From contig NW_005434633.1 of assembly GCF_000315625.1 (NCBI RefSeq), positions 279,867-343,866 on the forward strand: a stretch of DNA of 64,000 nt, given 5' to 3'. The DNA is from Guillardia theta CCMP2712 (lineage: Eukaryota > Protista > Cryptophyta). The notes under the pieces were generated by a model, which ran no database searches, had not been told where the DNA came from, and was given only the letters and a program-made list of their open reading frames with translations. A program made the position numbers and the translations under genes. Of the stretch, positions 40,001-52,517 are shown one piece after another (the first letter of the stretch is position 1; every line of letters begins with the position of its first letter).

Positions 40001-41854
40001 AGGCTGAGAACGAGGCAGAAGCAGAAGAAATGGAAGACGCAGGGTTGGACCTCTACGTTGACAAGACCGTTGAAGACGATTTCGAGAAGAGACTTGAGGA
40101 GGAGCGTCAAAATCTACAGCACGAGCTCGAGAAGATGAAGGAGGAGCAGGAGAGGATGAAGCGCGAAATCCTCGAGAAGCAAGAGCTGGAGATGAAGAAG
40201 CTGGAAGAAGAAATGCAGAAAGATCAGGAAGCGTTCGAGCAGGCCCTGATGGCTGAGCAGCAAAAGAAAGCTGAAGAGCTCAAGCAAAGGAGGCAGGAGA
40301 TGGAAAAAGAACTGCAGATGAAGGCAGACAGCGCGACTGCAGAGGAACGAGATCTGCTGATTCAGCAGCACGAAGAGAAGATGAAGATGCTAGAACAGGA
40401 GGAAGCCATGAAGAAGATGTCGACAGAAGAGGAGCTGAAGGCGAGAGTTGCTCAGCGCAAGGAGAAGAAGAAGAAGTTGCAGCAGAAGCGTGCAAACGAG
40501 AGCTTGCAGCTGCTCTTGACGGAGCAGAAAGAGAGGGAGCATGAGCTAAAAGAAATCCTACGACAGAAGCAGGTCGATGACATGATTGCGATGGCCCGAG
40601 CTGGGAATTTAGAAAATGCGATTCACCTCTTGCAACAGTTGCACAGCAAAGAGCTCGAGGAAGAAGACGTGAGCTTTGCCGAAGAATATGCAAAGAAGAT
40701 GGCATCGGCTCAAGATGAAAAGCATTCTGAAAACCTGGAGCAAGATTTGAAAGCGACAAGAGAGAAGAGGTTAGAAGAGCTGAAAGCTAAACATGAGAAG
40801 GAGATGTCCAACATTCAGAGCATGAAGAAGCGGGAATCAGACCGAGATGTGCTCATGAAGAAGCTAGAACAAAGAGCTTCTGAGTTCAAGAAGATGGAGG
40901 ACGAGTTCCGAGCTCGAATGGAAGCGGAAGTTGCTCGAATAGAGGAGGAAAATGAGCGTCTTTACCAGAAGGAATTGGAGGAGATCAAAGGAAAGCGCGG
41001 CAAGATTGCATCAGGGCATAGAGGAAGCTCCCGCTCCCAAACTCGTGAGAGCATTCAGAAGGAACACGAGCAAGAGAGTTTGTCATTGTCGTCGGCGTTA
41101 AGTGACGAGCAGCGGAAGCAAGAGATCATACTGAAGAGGAAGATCGAGCAAAGGCGGCAAGAGAGGAAAGCTACTTTTATCAAGATATGCACAGATCTGT
41201 TTCATGAGATCCGAGATGGCAAGAGTTTGGATTCTCTGAGTTTCGACAAGTTGACCAGCTCTGAGGTCGATTCTGCCAAGAAGATTCTGGAGAGAGGTAA
41301 GAGACGGTACGAAGAGAAGAAGAAGTTGCCAGTTGGCAAAGCTGCTGAAAAGTGGATGAAGAAAGCTTTGAACCGAAGGCTCTCAGTCGATCTCCTCGCG
41401 GAAGACGAGCGCAGGCAAAATCAAGACGAGGCAGGCGGCTCGTCTCAGGTCGTTAAGCGTTGCCTCCATCTTTCATGTCTGATCGCTGACGTCCCGCAGC
41501 TCCAGTCGAGCTTCATGCTGCACAGGCCTGCACAAGACGAACAGGTGCATGCGCTGACCGCGACCTTCTTTCAACTGACACTCGTCACTCTAGTTCCACG
41601 ACGAACGAGCACAGCTGGCGGAGCACGAGAGGAAGGCAAGGTTGGCCAGGGAGCGAGCAGATGCTATAGCTAGGGAGATCGAGGGCTTGAAGAAGTCTCA
41701 GATTCAGCAGGGCCAGAGCGACGCGATCAAGATCTCTCAGGACGAGTTCATGGAGATGCTTCGGGAATCAAACCTAACTACAAAGCTGCTGGAGGTCGAG
41801 AGGCTGCTCCGGCTGCTGGTGGAGAAGAACAGCAAGTCCAAGCCGTCCAGCTAG
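7004..41854 (+). CDS. Giant (~11,550 aa) single-pass membrane protein with a Cys-rich GCC2/GCC3 (ephrin-receptor-like/TNFR-like) repeat ectodomain, SBBP-like beta-propellers and a long charged helical cytoplasmic tail
   Basis: ORFs 7004-34003, 34010-36220, 36262-41673 and 41642-41854 are joined in frame by GT-AG introns at 33968-34015, 36217-36275, 41449-41499 and 41545-41593. There are hundreds of CPxGxYC/CxxCPxG motifs, a hydrophobic segment near the N-terminus (ILFFLLLMVEIVGGSFA), a TM helix FITIVALSILIIFVVAVFLNVL at ~34853-34918 and an E/K/Q/R-rich C-terminus. The true start codon is uncertain. Confidence 0.9.
14978..30075 (+). repeat. Intragenic array of 8 mosaic super-repeats (periods 2634, 2709, 1593, 1590, 2715, 1593, 1593 bp)
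   Basis: Anchor module CPAGHYCVTGASVPTP...VVDYS starts at 14978, 17612, 20321, 21914, 23504, 26219, 27812 and 29405. All periods are multiples of 3, and shared cassettes are near-identical at the nucleotide level. Confidence 0.97.
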
Positions 41855-41863
41855 CCCAGGTTT

Positions 41864-44390
41864 CTAGTCTTTGTAGATGTAGTTTGGTAGGAACTCACAC
41901 ACGAAGTCGATGGTGGTCAGGGTACCATGAGGGCCCGTCACGCTCTCCCCGTGCTTGTCGAGCAAGGGCATGTCCCGATAAACTCGTTGAAACAAGACTC
42001 CTCGTCTCACCGCCTGTAGCGAGCCCAGCTGCACGCACACGCTGCCGGCCATGAGGTCTCGATGAAGCATGCCTCCTTGCTCCAACACCATCACACACAA
42101 CATCGTCGCCTTCGTGTTGGCCGTTAAGTTCGACTCGAAATGTGTCTCCCCTTGCGGCCATCGCGTTTCCAGAGCTCCCTTCTGCACTGAAGTGTCGCTC
42201 CATACGAGGGACTTCATGTCGTTGGAGGATAGATGCTCCTGACAGCGAGTGACGGAGAGTACTGGAAAGGAGAGGGTTGCTCACCTTGCAGCAGAAGAAG
42301 GAGACTGAGTCGTTCCTCTGCCTCTGATCCATCAGATCTCCGAACTCTGAGAGCGAGCCCGCGGCGTAACGGACGAACAAATGATGCTTCATGCTGTTCT
42401 TCTTCCGTTGCGACACCATGTTCTGAACCTTGAGGATCCGAATGCGCAGAAACCCTCCCTCTACGTCGCAGGTCGAGCCGTGCGACTTGCCGTTGACATT
42501 CAACGGGAAAGCCAACGATTGCAACTCGAGACCGTCTTCGATGGGAAGGTCCTGTTTGGGAGCAAGCAGGTTGAGTTTGATTCGAAGAAAGATCCTGCCG
42601 TTCCTTTGACCTTTCTGAGCTCCAAGTCAATAGTCATGAGAACAAGCACATTTGAAATACCAGAGGACAAGACTTGTACTTAACTTGAGCGTTCGGAGTA
42701 AGCCCTAGCTCCTTCTGCAACGTTGACATTTGAATTACACAAGTCCCGACGGCTTTGTTGGTACTTTGTTCTATAACTGTGATTCTCCTGTAATCTGCAG
42801 ATCAGCCCAGAAAAGAAACTCTTCACAGAAACAGATCCATCACATGGTATCTTCTAAACTCTTCACCAGGAACTCGTATGTCTGCTCATCATCGCATTTC
42901 CAGCCTTGCTGCATCGGTCTTCTTGACAAGTATGCGACCTGCACGGAAAAACACTTGAGATAGATTTTTGCTTCCCCTGTAGAAAACGTACATTCTTGTG
43001 ATTGGGAGGAACAGAGTCGTTGAGTGAATCGCGATCTCCATACTCCACGATACACATCAGACTGCCCTCCCCACTCGCTGATTCAACTCCTTCCAGGTCA
43101 TGCCCACTTTGCACAGTGACTGACAACAAGGAGAAGCTCTCGTCTATCCTAGTGGACAAGTCATACTCCATTTCCCGTCGGCGGTTCCTCTCTTTCAACG
43201 ACAGCGCCTTCTGAAGGTCGCCAATGATCGCCATCTTCTCCGAGGACATGTCGGTCGGGCCGAGTTTCAGGTCTGAGCAGATGAGCTTGTTTATCACCAG
43301 CTTCTCGAACGCCATGCGCAGCAAAGGAATAGCCATGACATCCAGCAGGTCGGCGATCCAGAGAGAGAAGGCGAGAGAGGGGATGTTGGTGAAGAACATC
43401 TTCAATCCGCAGACGTTTGGGAAGGAGGGGTAGTCGTAAGAGGCGTCCCTCGCATCGAGCTCGATCCATTCCAGCTCTAGTCGAAGGTTACCGGAGATCT
43501 CGAGGTTCTTCATTGAGATCGGAACTCCCCAGACACTGACAGTCAGGTTCATGTCCTTGGTGAGCAACTTCACGTCGATATCCAGCTCATGGCACCAGTC
43601 ATCCGCGCTCATCGTCTTCTTCGACACTCCCAGCAGGTTGTTCTTGGGCCTCCCGGTCACGCGGCGAATTTGAATCGGCTGAGACCCGAACTGCGTGCTA
43701 ACAACTTTGACGCCTAACTGACTCGCGTAGAACTCGATGTTGCTAGCGACGAAGCTCTGAAGCCAAGGCTCGTAGGTCTGCCATGCTTGTGCCAGCATCA
43801 GATTCATCCACTCATCCTCCACGCTGACGGGGTTGACTGAAAGATACTTGAGCTGGGTCCTGATAGAATCCTTGGAGAAGGTGTAGGCCTCCTCTCGCTT
43901 TTCCTTCCACTGCTCAGGTCATTTGGTGGGATGCACAAACAAGCGCTTGCAGTCTCACACCTTGTTGAGGATGGGAGGAATGCTTGATTCGAAAAATACC
44001 ACCAGCTCGACGAAAGGGATACACAGAAAACAATCGATTCTCAGCCATCCTATCAGGAAGCATAGAAGCATGACAGACAGAACATGCAAATACTGAAACC
44101 AGAGTAAGGTCATCATAAACAGATCGAAGAACGCACCATATCGTACGTTCCTGCCAACCAGTACTTCAATCGATCGTTCACGGGGACAGAACAGAAGATT
44201 CCATCAGGCTTGCGATGCATGGAATAAGTTTTGACTGCAAGTATCTGAAGCATGATCTGGAAAGCAAGCAATCGATCATCCATCAGCAGTCTGTATGCAC
44301 CATCTTACCAGCCACGACCATGACATGTTCATCCTCCCTAGTCCTGCTGCAAGGACCATTGGGATCCTCAATCGTAAACTCTCCTTCCAT
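41864..44390 (-). CDS. Synaptotagmin-like / extended-synaptotagmin-type protein (N-terminal TM, SMP lipid-transfer domain, C2-like domains), multi-exon
   Basis: ORF 42863-43822 (EDEWMNLMLAQAWQTYEPWL...FGSQPIQIRRV...NLEISGNLRLEL...LDVMAIPLL) fits an SMP domain followed by LLSVTVQSGHDL (C2 start). Further C2-like segments lie in 41895-42524 and 41864-42217, and there is a hydrophobic exon at ~43960-44095. The start at 44390 is inferred. Confidence 0.7.
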
Positions 44391-44460
44391 GGAAGTCGCA
44401 AGATGCGTCTTGTGATTTCAAATTGGGCGTTCATATCTTACGTTCATGAACACATCTCCC

Positions 44461-44678
44461 ACACCATCATCTCATCATACATCATCATACATCGTCTCTT
44501 CATCATCAAATTACCATATCTCATCACAAAGCTTCCTCTGCATCATCAAATATCATCATCATCATTATATCATCATATCATCATATCATCATATCATCAT
44601 ATCATCATCATATCATCATATCATCATATCATCATCATATCATCATCATCATCATCATATATCATCGTCATCATCACT
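44461..44678. repeat. Degenerate (CAT)n/(ATCAT)n microsatellite, intergenic
   Basis: Direct inspection: runs of catcat/atatcatc. Confidence 0.9.
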
Positions 44679-44831
44679 TCTTGGCTTCTTGTCGCATCTC
44701 TTTCCTCAGGAGGTCCCCCCGACCTAGCGGGATGTACCAAAATGGAAGGACAGAGTAGGACATAGTATCCCCGGGCCGGCGACTAGCTAGGTCTATGAGT
44801 AACGGTCCATTTATTTAATCAGGTTTTCATT

Positions 44832-47800
44832 CTACTCTCGTCGTTTGACGCTCAGGCTCATACTGACTCTTGACTCCTGTTGGTTCTTGCCCTTCACCCT
44901 GTCGTTGCCATGGTAGAGCACCACCTCCACGTTCTTGGAAGCGCTCGCTTCGCTCAGCACCCCTCTGATCTCCTGTCCTGTCACCTTCCCCGTGCCCAGA
45001 AGATCATCCTTGGTCAACCTGTCCCAGTCCCACAGCTCGATGGTCAAGTCCTCGCAGTTGTCCAGCTGCCAGATGGGCAGGTCGAAGGTCTCATTCCAGA
45101 CAGGGTCCAACGTCTTGATCCTCTTGTCTGTGACGTACTCGAACTGTCCTCCTCCCTTGCCGATCTTCACCTTCACATACGGATCGCAGGTTCCCAGAAC
45201 ATCTGCTTTAGGAAGGTTCGAGGCGGAAATGACGCAGATAGTGAGGATCGCTTCATGCTTGCCCTCGATATCTTCTTGTTGCCATGCCCTCTCGATCTCT
45301 CCAAAGCTCAACTTCATCGGCACTTCGTCCTCCAGCGCGTCCCACCTGGGCACAGGGAAACATCAGGCGACGACAACCTTCACAAGGCTTCGCATACATC
45401 CACTTGTACGGGTGAAAGCCAGATCCGCTGACCTGTTTCACAAGCTCTCACTCCCCCCCCCCCCCAACATCCCCTTGATCGCCAGCTACCCGATGAGGGA
45501 ACATCTTCTTGTCGAAGGTGCCGATGGCGTCGATGGCGTCAGAGCTGCGACGTCATGTGAGCGGATATATCGAGTCACAATCATGACGTTACTTGTTGGA
45601 AAAGATGATGAATCCAAGGCCGTGTAGTCTGGGGTCTTTTCCTTGGTTGACGACAGCCTGGAGATAATCGTGTCAGATCTCAACATGTAGAAGGCGAGAC
45701 ATGACTTGGTTGCCGAGCACAGACTTGCGGACTCGTCCAATCTGTTTGCGTTCGGGTAAGCTTCAATCGTTACCACAATCACACATGATCACTGACCGCA
45801 ACTATGTTTCGTAGCAGATCCTTCTCTGCTTTCTTGTAGAACTAAGTGTCGAGACGTCAGTCCACCAACAAACGACTCGAAATCATTCAGCTACCATTGC
45901 AGATCTGCACATCCTTTCTATGTATTCATTCTTCTTGTCGACGCTAGCCATGTCATATCTGGTTTAGCCATGCAATCAGAATCATGCATCACCATTAAGT
46001 GCACAACATCTCACCTGTAATAAAAATTGCCAAAGAACGATTCCTCCGTCAAAAAAGTCTTCTTCTCCTCCTTTTCCTTGGCTTTTTTTTCTTCTCGTTT
46101 GTACAGGAAGGTCAACAACATGTCTCGAACCTGAAAGACATAACTTGTCAACCGAAAGTCTACAACCAAGGTCTTGAGCTCACAAGGGGCCGGCCATCTC
46201 CGTCGTGATCAAGATCTAGAATTTCAACCTTGATAGGTCGGTCAAACGAGCCTTTCTTTGCGTTTCTGCCTCAGCCCTCCTTCACCTTGTGCAGCTTCAT
46301 CTTCATGATCTCAGGCCTGGAGGTCCAGCACAGATCCATGCCTTGGTACACTTCCTAACAGGGACTCAGCAGGCAGTCGCAACGAGCGCATGACGTGACT
46401 TGAATCTTCCACGAGGCTTCTGGAGCGAGGGCGGCAGGGCCGTGTATCCACTCCCAGTCTCCGTTGTAGATGATGCTTCCGCTCCTGGGGCTCCATGCCA
46501 GGGGCGGAGCGCCTGCCTGAGTGAGACGATGGCCGTTCTGATGCATGACAGCGCTGGTTGAAGGGTCAGGAGGGAGGGCGAGGGAGCAGGGTGAGCGAGG
46601 AAAGACCGCAGTATGATTGGAACGCCCTGAGCATCCACGGGAGATATCTGCAGGAGAGCTTTGAGGAAGAGGCAAGAGGAGGAAGTGAAGTGCCTTTGTG
46701 AGCAAGTCGTCTCCTGCTATCTTGGTGTTGATCTCGTCGGGAGGAATGAATGGGAAGCGAACAAGAAGCATCTGTTCAAGGTGTCAAAATACCAGAAATC
46801 CCCGCCGGTTCCCAGCATCACAATGTCGATGATGCCCACAGACTTGTGATTGATCTTGGGCTTCAAGTCCAGCAGTTGCTTCTGTCGGGCCTGAAAAACG
46901 AGTCACATTTGTGAAGCAAGCTTGCAGACATCTACCTCTTCCTTCTTCACCTTGTCTGATTGTGAAACTCCGATGCTGAGAGACTCTAGTTGGAAAGGTG
47001 AGGCAAGCAGATAAAGGTGGTTGACGACACATACTGCTTTCTTGTACACGTTTATCGATCTCTGCCTGCAACTTGGCATACGCATCCTGGGGTTGCGTCA
47101 AGTGCAGTTGACAGATCACTAGGTACGTGTACCTCAATTCTCCTCCATCGAACGTTAATCCAGTCTTTCACAGCCTGGAAGACCAGGATCTCTTCGCATT
47201 GCATCTCATCATTGCTGTACCCGTGATGAGCGAGCGCAACACAAGACTAATGCCTCCCCCACCTCAGAAAGATCTTCATGCCGCTCGCCGTCAGCGCCTG
47301 CGCTCCGTCACGCCCGAAGCAGATGCTTTCGAGATGTTCTATAGCAAAGAAGACAAGCTCTGTTGACACGTCAGGAAACTTGTGCAGACCCCCAGCTGTT
47401 GGACCTTGAAGCCAGTCCCGCCCTAGTCCATCCGGGTCGATCGCCATGGCCGCACTCCACATGTAGAAACCCCAGTCGGGGAAGAAGCCCTGGGGAAGCG
47501 GGTCAGGAGACTTTGCTAGCACAAGAAGCGAGGCTGACTTGTTTGTGGAGCATCACCAAGAGATACTTGAGACCAAGCTTCTTCGCTATCAAGATGAAGT
47601 CCCTCACCTGCAAGTACAAGACTGTGAGACATGCACGAGGTGATGGCGATGGAGGTCTGGAGATGATGATATGATGATGGTGATGGTGATTATGATGATG
47701 ATGGTGGTGATGATGATGATGATGATGATGATGATGGTGATGGTGATGGTGATGGAGGAGGAGGTGGTGGTAGTGGTGGAGGAGGAAGAGGTGGTGGTGG

Positions 47801-50416
47801 TGGTGATGGTTGTGGTGGTGGTGGTGGTGGTGGTGGTTATGATGATGATATTCACCTGATCTGATCGGACTCGAACTTGTTGTCGTAAAAGCCCAGGGTC
47901 GTAGGCGTAGACATACTTGATAAGCTGCATGTAAATCAGCCATATGAAGATTTCTCATCAAGTTCTCAGGCAGCAATTCCATAACCTCATTCAACACCGT
48001 CGGATTCTCAACACTTGTAAATCTCAGAATGAGTTTGGGTTTTTCCTTGGATACATGTTAGGCGATGTTTCAAGTGACATTGAAAGGATCGGGTGAACTT
48101 GGCACGCAAATCGAGTTTACACGAAGAAATCAAGTCTGACCTGCTGAAAGACGTTCGTTACGGTCGTCTTGCCTGTCTGTGAACTCCTTGCGGCCGATCC
48201 ATGTGCACACGTACACCTGAACATAGATAAATGTCAATTACGTGTCCGCTCTGTGCAAAGCTACAACAACATACCTCAAGCCGATACCTGAGACGGTTCC
48301 TGGTACCTTCAGCAGCTTTAGCAAGGGGGAACGAGGAGAGGGAAGGATGAAGAAAGGGGGGAACGATGAGAGGGAAGGATGAAGGGAGGGAAAGCATGGG
48401 TGTCGCTCAGTACAGAGATGCATGTGCTGGGGTTCCATTCGTGCTCAACAAAGGGACCGGCGCTTTTGCTTTTCTCTGTGCAAGGATCAGAAAATAATCT
48501 ACTCCTGGCTAAACATTACTCTTCTTCTGGGTTTGGTTGATTTCATCTGGGTCGTCCTTGAACAGCTCATTTCGGATAGCTAGAATGATGATCAGCGCAG
48601 CGACAGCAGAGAGAGATTATACCTTGTATGATAGCGTCTATTTCAGAATTGTCTTGAATATCGATGATTTCAACCAATTCCTGTCTTGATGTTCAGGAGT
48701 TTCTTGTATCCGAAATCCAGTATTTCACCTTTTTCTTTGTAGATGAATCAAAATTCCCGTCGTCATCCTTGTTTTTAGTCATCGACTGCACAGCGCTTCA
48801 AAATGGATTTGATGAGCATTGAGTAGAAGACCTCTTGAATGTATTTCTCCAACTGAAATCACGTTGGTTACATCACACGCATTACAAAACCTCAACGCCG
48901 TCCTACCTTATCGAAAAGATTCTTCAAGTGATCTCTTAGTTCTCGACATCTAGCCCACAGCACCGAGCAATGAGCTGAGAACAAAGAAGAGGTCATTCAT
49001 GGAATCTTTGAAAAGGATCATCCAGAAAGAACACACCAAACACTTCTACTCTTGTATTTCCTTGCGATGCCTCCACGCTCACGTCGGACAACGACCCTGA
49101 TACCTGTGTCAGATCTACAAACTTGGGACAGAGAGAGTTCAGAGTTCAGACATGGCATATCTGTCTCGATCTTTGGTACAATCTTCCATTCTTCCTGATC
49201 AACCTGACAGTTTTCTCACGCCTTGCCAATCCACAAGATAGTCAAAGACCGCAGTAGGTAGCAGTCCTTGAAAGCTCTCCACCTGTCTGTCAGTGAGCAA
49301 GAAATCTGAAACTCGATCCAAGTCCGTACCACATCCATTGCCCAGGCTTTCACTTCCTCTGATTTCTTGAGATCTTTCTTCAGCTGGGCTGGAGGGAAGC
49401 ATCAATGTGGAGAAGTGGCGCGTAATGGCGATTTCCAACCTTCTCTCTCCTTCGATTCCTTCAATGATTCCTTCAACTGCTCGACTTGCTTCAGACTCTC
49501 GTCAAGCCTGTTGAGCATTCAAACATCAAAATCTAGGAACAATTTGTTGCAAAAGAATGTACAATTCTTGTGGAGTTTTCTTCTTCTCCTTCTCCTTCTC
49601 CTTCTCCTTCTCCTTCTCCTTCGCTTTCTTCGAGTCTTCTTCATCTGTATTTTTAGTTCCAGTTCTAATCTCAATGTTCACCTACAAGGCGGTCAGGGAA
49701 ATGACCTTTGCAGACATGAGCTGGATTTACACTAGTGGGACTCCCATCTTTTCCTGTTCTGGTTTTCCCTTCAAACTTGATCTCCGATTTCAGAGGCATC
49801 CATGTGCTGATGTTGGCCTGGACAGGATGGTTGAGACTGATTACAAAAACACACCAACAGCTACCTGCAACAGCCTTTCCATCTCTATCCCCTTCACAAG
49901 AAACGATCCTGTAGAAGCATCGGGCCAGTGAGAGGGGAACAACGTGGGGTAGCAATCGTACCGATGAACTCGTTCTTTCCGAAACGATCCCAGTCAAAGA
50001 TCTCCACCTTGGATTCGCAAACATTTCAGCCAATGTCTGCAGGACAGCATGCCTACGTTCAGATCCGTCTCGCTCAGTTTGGCCTCGTCGATGTCGAAGG
50101 TAAAGATCTGCCATTGACAGTGAACCATTCGGAAAGCTTCGAGTTGTTTGCCCACCTCGTTGAAAGTAGCATTGAGAGTGTTCTTCTTAGTCTCTGTCTT
50201 GTGTTTCTGCGCACAAACGTTTCAGCATCGTGCTCCCGTCTACCACCCCCCTACCTTCTCCCCGTAGGTGACCATAACGTAGGGGTCACACTTGCCAAAC
50301 ATCCCTGAGTCCATCTTGGGCAGATGGGCTGAAAGAAGAGTCAGAAGGGTCTTTGGTGCTGCATGGCTCGCCATACCTACGTCCACCACCTTCACCTCCA
50401 GCTGGCGGATCCACAT
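44832..50416 (-). CDS. Large, highly fragmented multi-exon gene with multiple C2 domains (could be more than one gene)
   Basis: N-terminal C2 (MWIRQLEVKVVD / AHLPKMDSGMFGKCDPYV / EIFDWDRFGKNEFIG) at ~49950-50416. C-terminal C2 (ASNLPKADVLGTCDPYVKV...TLDPVWNETF...IELWDWDRLTKDDLLG) at 44832-45353. Many short GT-AG introns and coding-like exons lie between them, including an EK-repeat at ~49575-49625. Confidence 0.65.
47662..47850. repeat. (GAT)n/(GGT)n trinucleotide microsatellite inside an intron of the C2 gene
   Basis: Triplet runs bounded on the minus strand by a GTGAAT donor (~47855) and a CAG acceptor (~47608). Confidence 0.85.
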
Positions 50417-50499
50417 GGTGGAGCGCCGAACCTGTCGCAACGTGTAAGTTGAAGCTCCGACACTTCCCGTCGCTGCTTTTCTTCCACACTAACACACTA

Positions 50500-50603
50500 G
50501 CTGCCTGCCTGCCTTCCTGCCTCGATCCTTCCCTGTATCCCTTTCTCCTTCCCTGCCTGCCTGCCTGCCTGCCTGCCTACCTGCCTGCCTGCCTGCCTAC
50601 CTA

Positions 50604-50646
<43 letters not shown>
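50500..50646. repeat. (CCTG)n tetranucleotide microsatellite
   Basis: Direct inspection: ctgcctgcctgcctac... Confidence 0.9.
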
Positions 50647-50648
<2 letters not shown>

Positions 50649-51287
50649 CTCTAAAGCGACTGCCCTAACGCTTCCCTTCGCCTCATTTTCGCCCGTTGAA
50701 TCACGGGGGTAGAACTACTATGTTCGAATTGACAGGCGGGCCAACCCCTGGTCGGTGAATTAAACAGTACAAATAATTAGTTAAATACCCCCCCCCCCCG
50801 CTTCGCCTCCATGCGGTCTGTGTGGGGCGCCGTTGAATTGAGAACGGGTGCTGAATGAGGCCACGGAAATGGCGAAATGGCGGGAACCGGGAGGAAGGAG
50901 AAAAAGAGCAGAGGGGGGGGGGGGGGGGAGAAAAACATGGGGGGGGAGCGGAGACGAGTTGACCCTCCTCTCTTTGCTGAGTTTCCTCTGTCCTCTAGTT
51001 TATTTCATCCTCTTTGAACCCCGAAGAATCACTCCTTGCCCCGTACGCGGTCAAGTTGTTCAGACATGCACAGGTTAGGGAGAAGATGGCTGAGGAGGCG
51101 GGAGCATCTGAGGGATCATCAGAGCTCAACAGTTGTCGCACATACGATATGATGTTGTTGATTGCTGAGACGTTGACAGGCACGGGATGAACGATGCAAA
51201 ACTAGCTTCCTGGAACACTTACTGGAGGGAGCAGGGACGATAAGAAGGCGTCTGACTGATAGAAGCGCATACGAGCATGTGAGGATA

Positions 51288-52041
51288 CTATAGCCCTTTA
51301 TTGAGATGGCCTGCCAGTGCGCAGCCGCTAGCGCTATGCGGGTCGATCGCTTCCTCCTTGAACCTAACCCCAATCTGCGAAGACACGAGAAAATGAGGCG
51401 ACACAAGGTAAAAGAGAGAAGGATGAGCCGATAGGGAATCGACGACAGGAAGCTGAGCAGAGAGGAGAGGAGAGACAAGGTTTCTCACCTGGATCCACGC
51501 TAAGAACGACGATGCATCATCCTCTGTCATGTTGTAGCGTTGAGCGAAATCCTTGGGTGAGATCTGCAGTCAACATCAAGACTCCCTTCCTCCTCACTTC
51601 CTAGCTTGTACCTCCGTCAGCCCCTCCACGTTCCCTGTGAGCAGGTCTGCAATCTCTCCAGCCTTGTCGTCACCGAACCTAGATCCATCACAGTCAAGTC
51701 ACCCAACGGGCCGACGATGTGCCTCACAGGTTGTATTTCTTCACAATCCGATCGAAATTTCGTTTCATTCTCTTCAGCTGTCTACCGGCAGGATCGTTAT
51801 CATCCTCATCATCCAAATCCAGCTTGTGTAACTTCGGCGCAGCGCGTATGAAGAGCATGTTCTCTGGTTTCACTCCCAGCACCTGCCCGTCCTTCGCTAA
51901 CCTCACCGCCCAACGTCCTTTCTCCTCATCGAATCGGAGCAGCTCTCCTTCAGAGCCATTGTGTTCCGCTGCAGCCTTGAGGTTCTGAAGTTTCACTGTG
52001 GCTCCAACTTGAAACTGGGTGTCATCTGAAGTTTCCTGCAT
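51288..52041 (-). CDS. Small uncharacterised protein with an N-terminal SH3-like-fold motif, multi-exon
   Basis: ORF 51724-52041 (GATVKLQNLKAAAEHNGSEGELLRFDEEKGRWAVRL...LGVKPENM) has a motif pattern common in algal proteins. Downstream exons ISPKDFAQRYNMTEDDASSFLAWIQ and IGVRFKEEAIDPH...KGL* end at 51288. Confidence 0.65.
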
Positions 52042-52517
52042 GCTGGAAACTGCAAAACAGAGAATCAGTGAGTCGAAGCGGTGGAGTCTTCACATTCAGA
52101 CTACAGCTTCTCTTTGGTCATTCATCGATGATTTCAGACTCATTTCAGAACTTTCATCTTCTACTCCAACGAGATTTCAATGATCCTCCAGCAACAATGT
52201 GAAGCCATTGCAACAACACAAACAAACACAACAAGGTTCAGTTCAGTTTGTCTTGGGCATGCAACATTACAGACCTCAACACCATGGTACCAACAACGCC
52301 TGACTTACAAGAAAAACCATCAAAACAACATCTTCTTCAACACAAGAACTCGCATTCTTGCCCGCTCTCGATCGCTCGATCGTTCAATCCCTCCGTTCTC
52401 CCACCACATTTTCGCACGAGCCCCCTCATCCCCCTCGCCATTTACATCATCTCCCTCATTCCCATGACTCATCTCCCTCATACCCATACCCTCCGTGAAG
52501 CAGGGCGAAGGGTCATC

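Noticed and set aside
36949-40759. Leu/Phe/Ser-rich minus-strand ORFs resembling membrane proteins
   Set aside because: Antisense shadows of the E/K/Q-rich coiled-coil exon.
44295-44765. His/Ile/Ser-rich ORFs
   Set aside because: Translation of an intergenic (CAT)n microsatellite.
47503-47997. Poly-His ORF suggesting a metal-binding protein
   Set aside because: The His tract is an intronic (CAT/CAC)n microsatellite between splice sites of the C2 gene.
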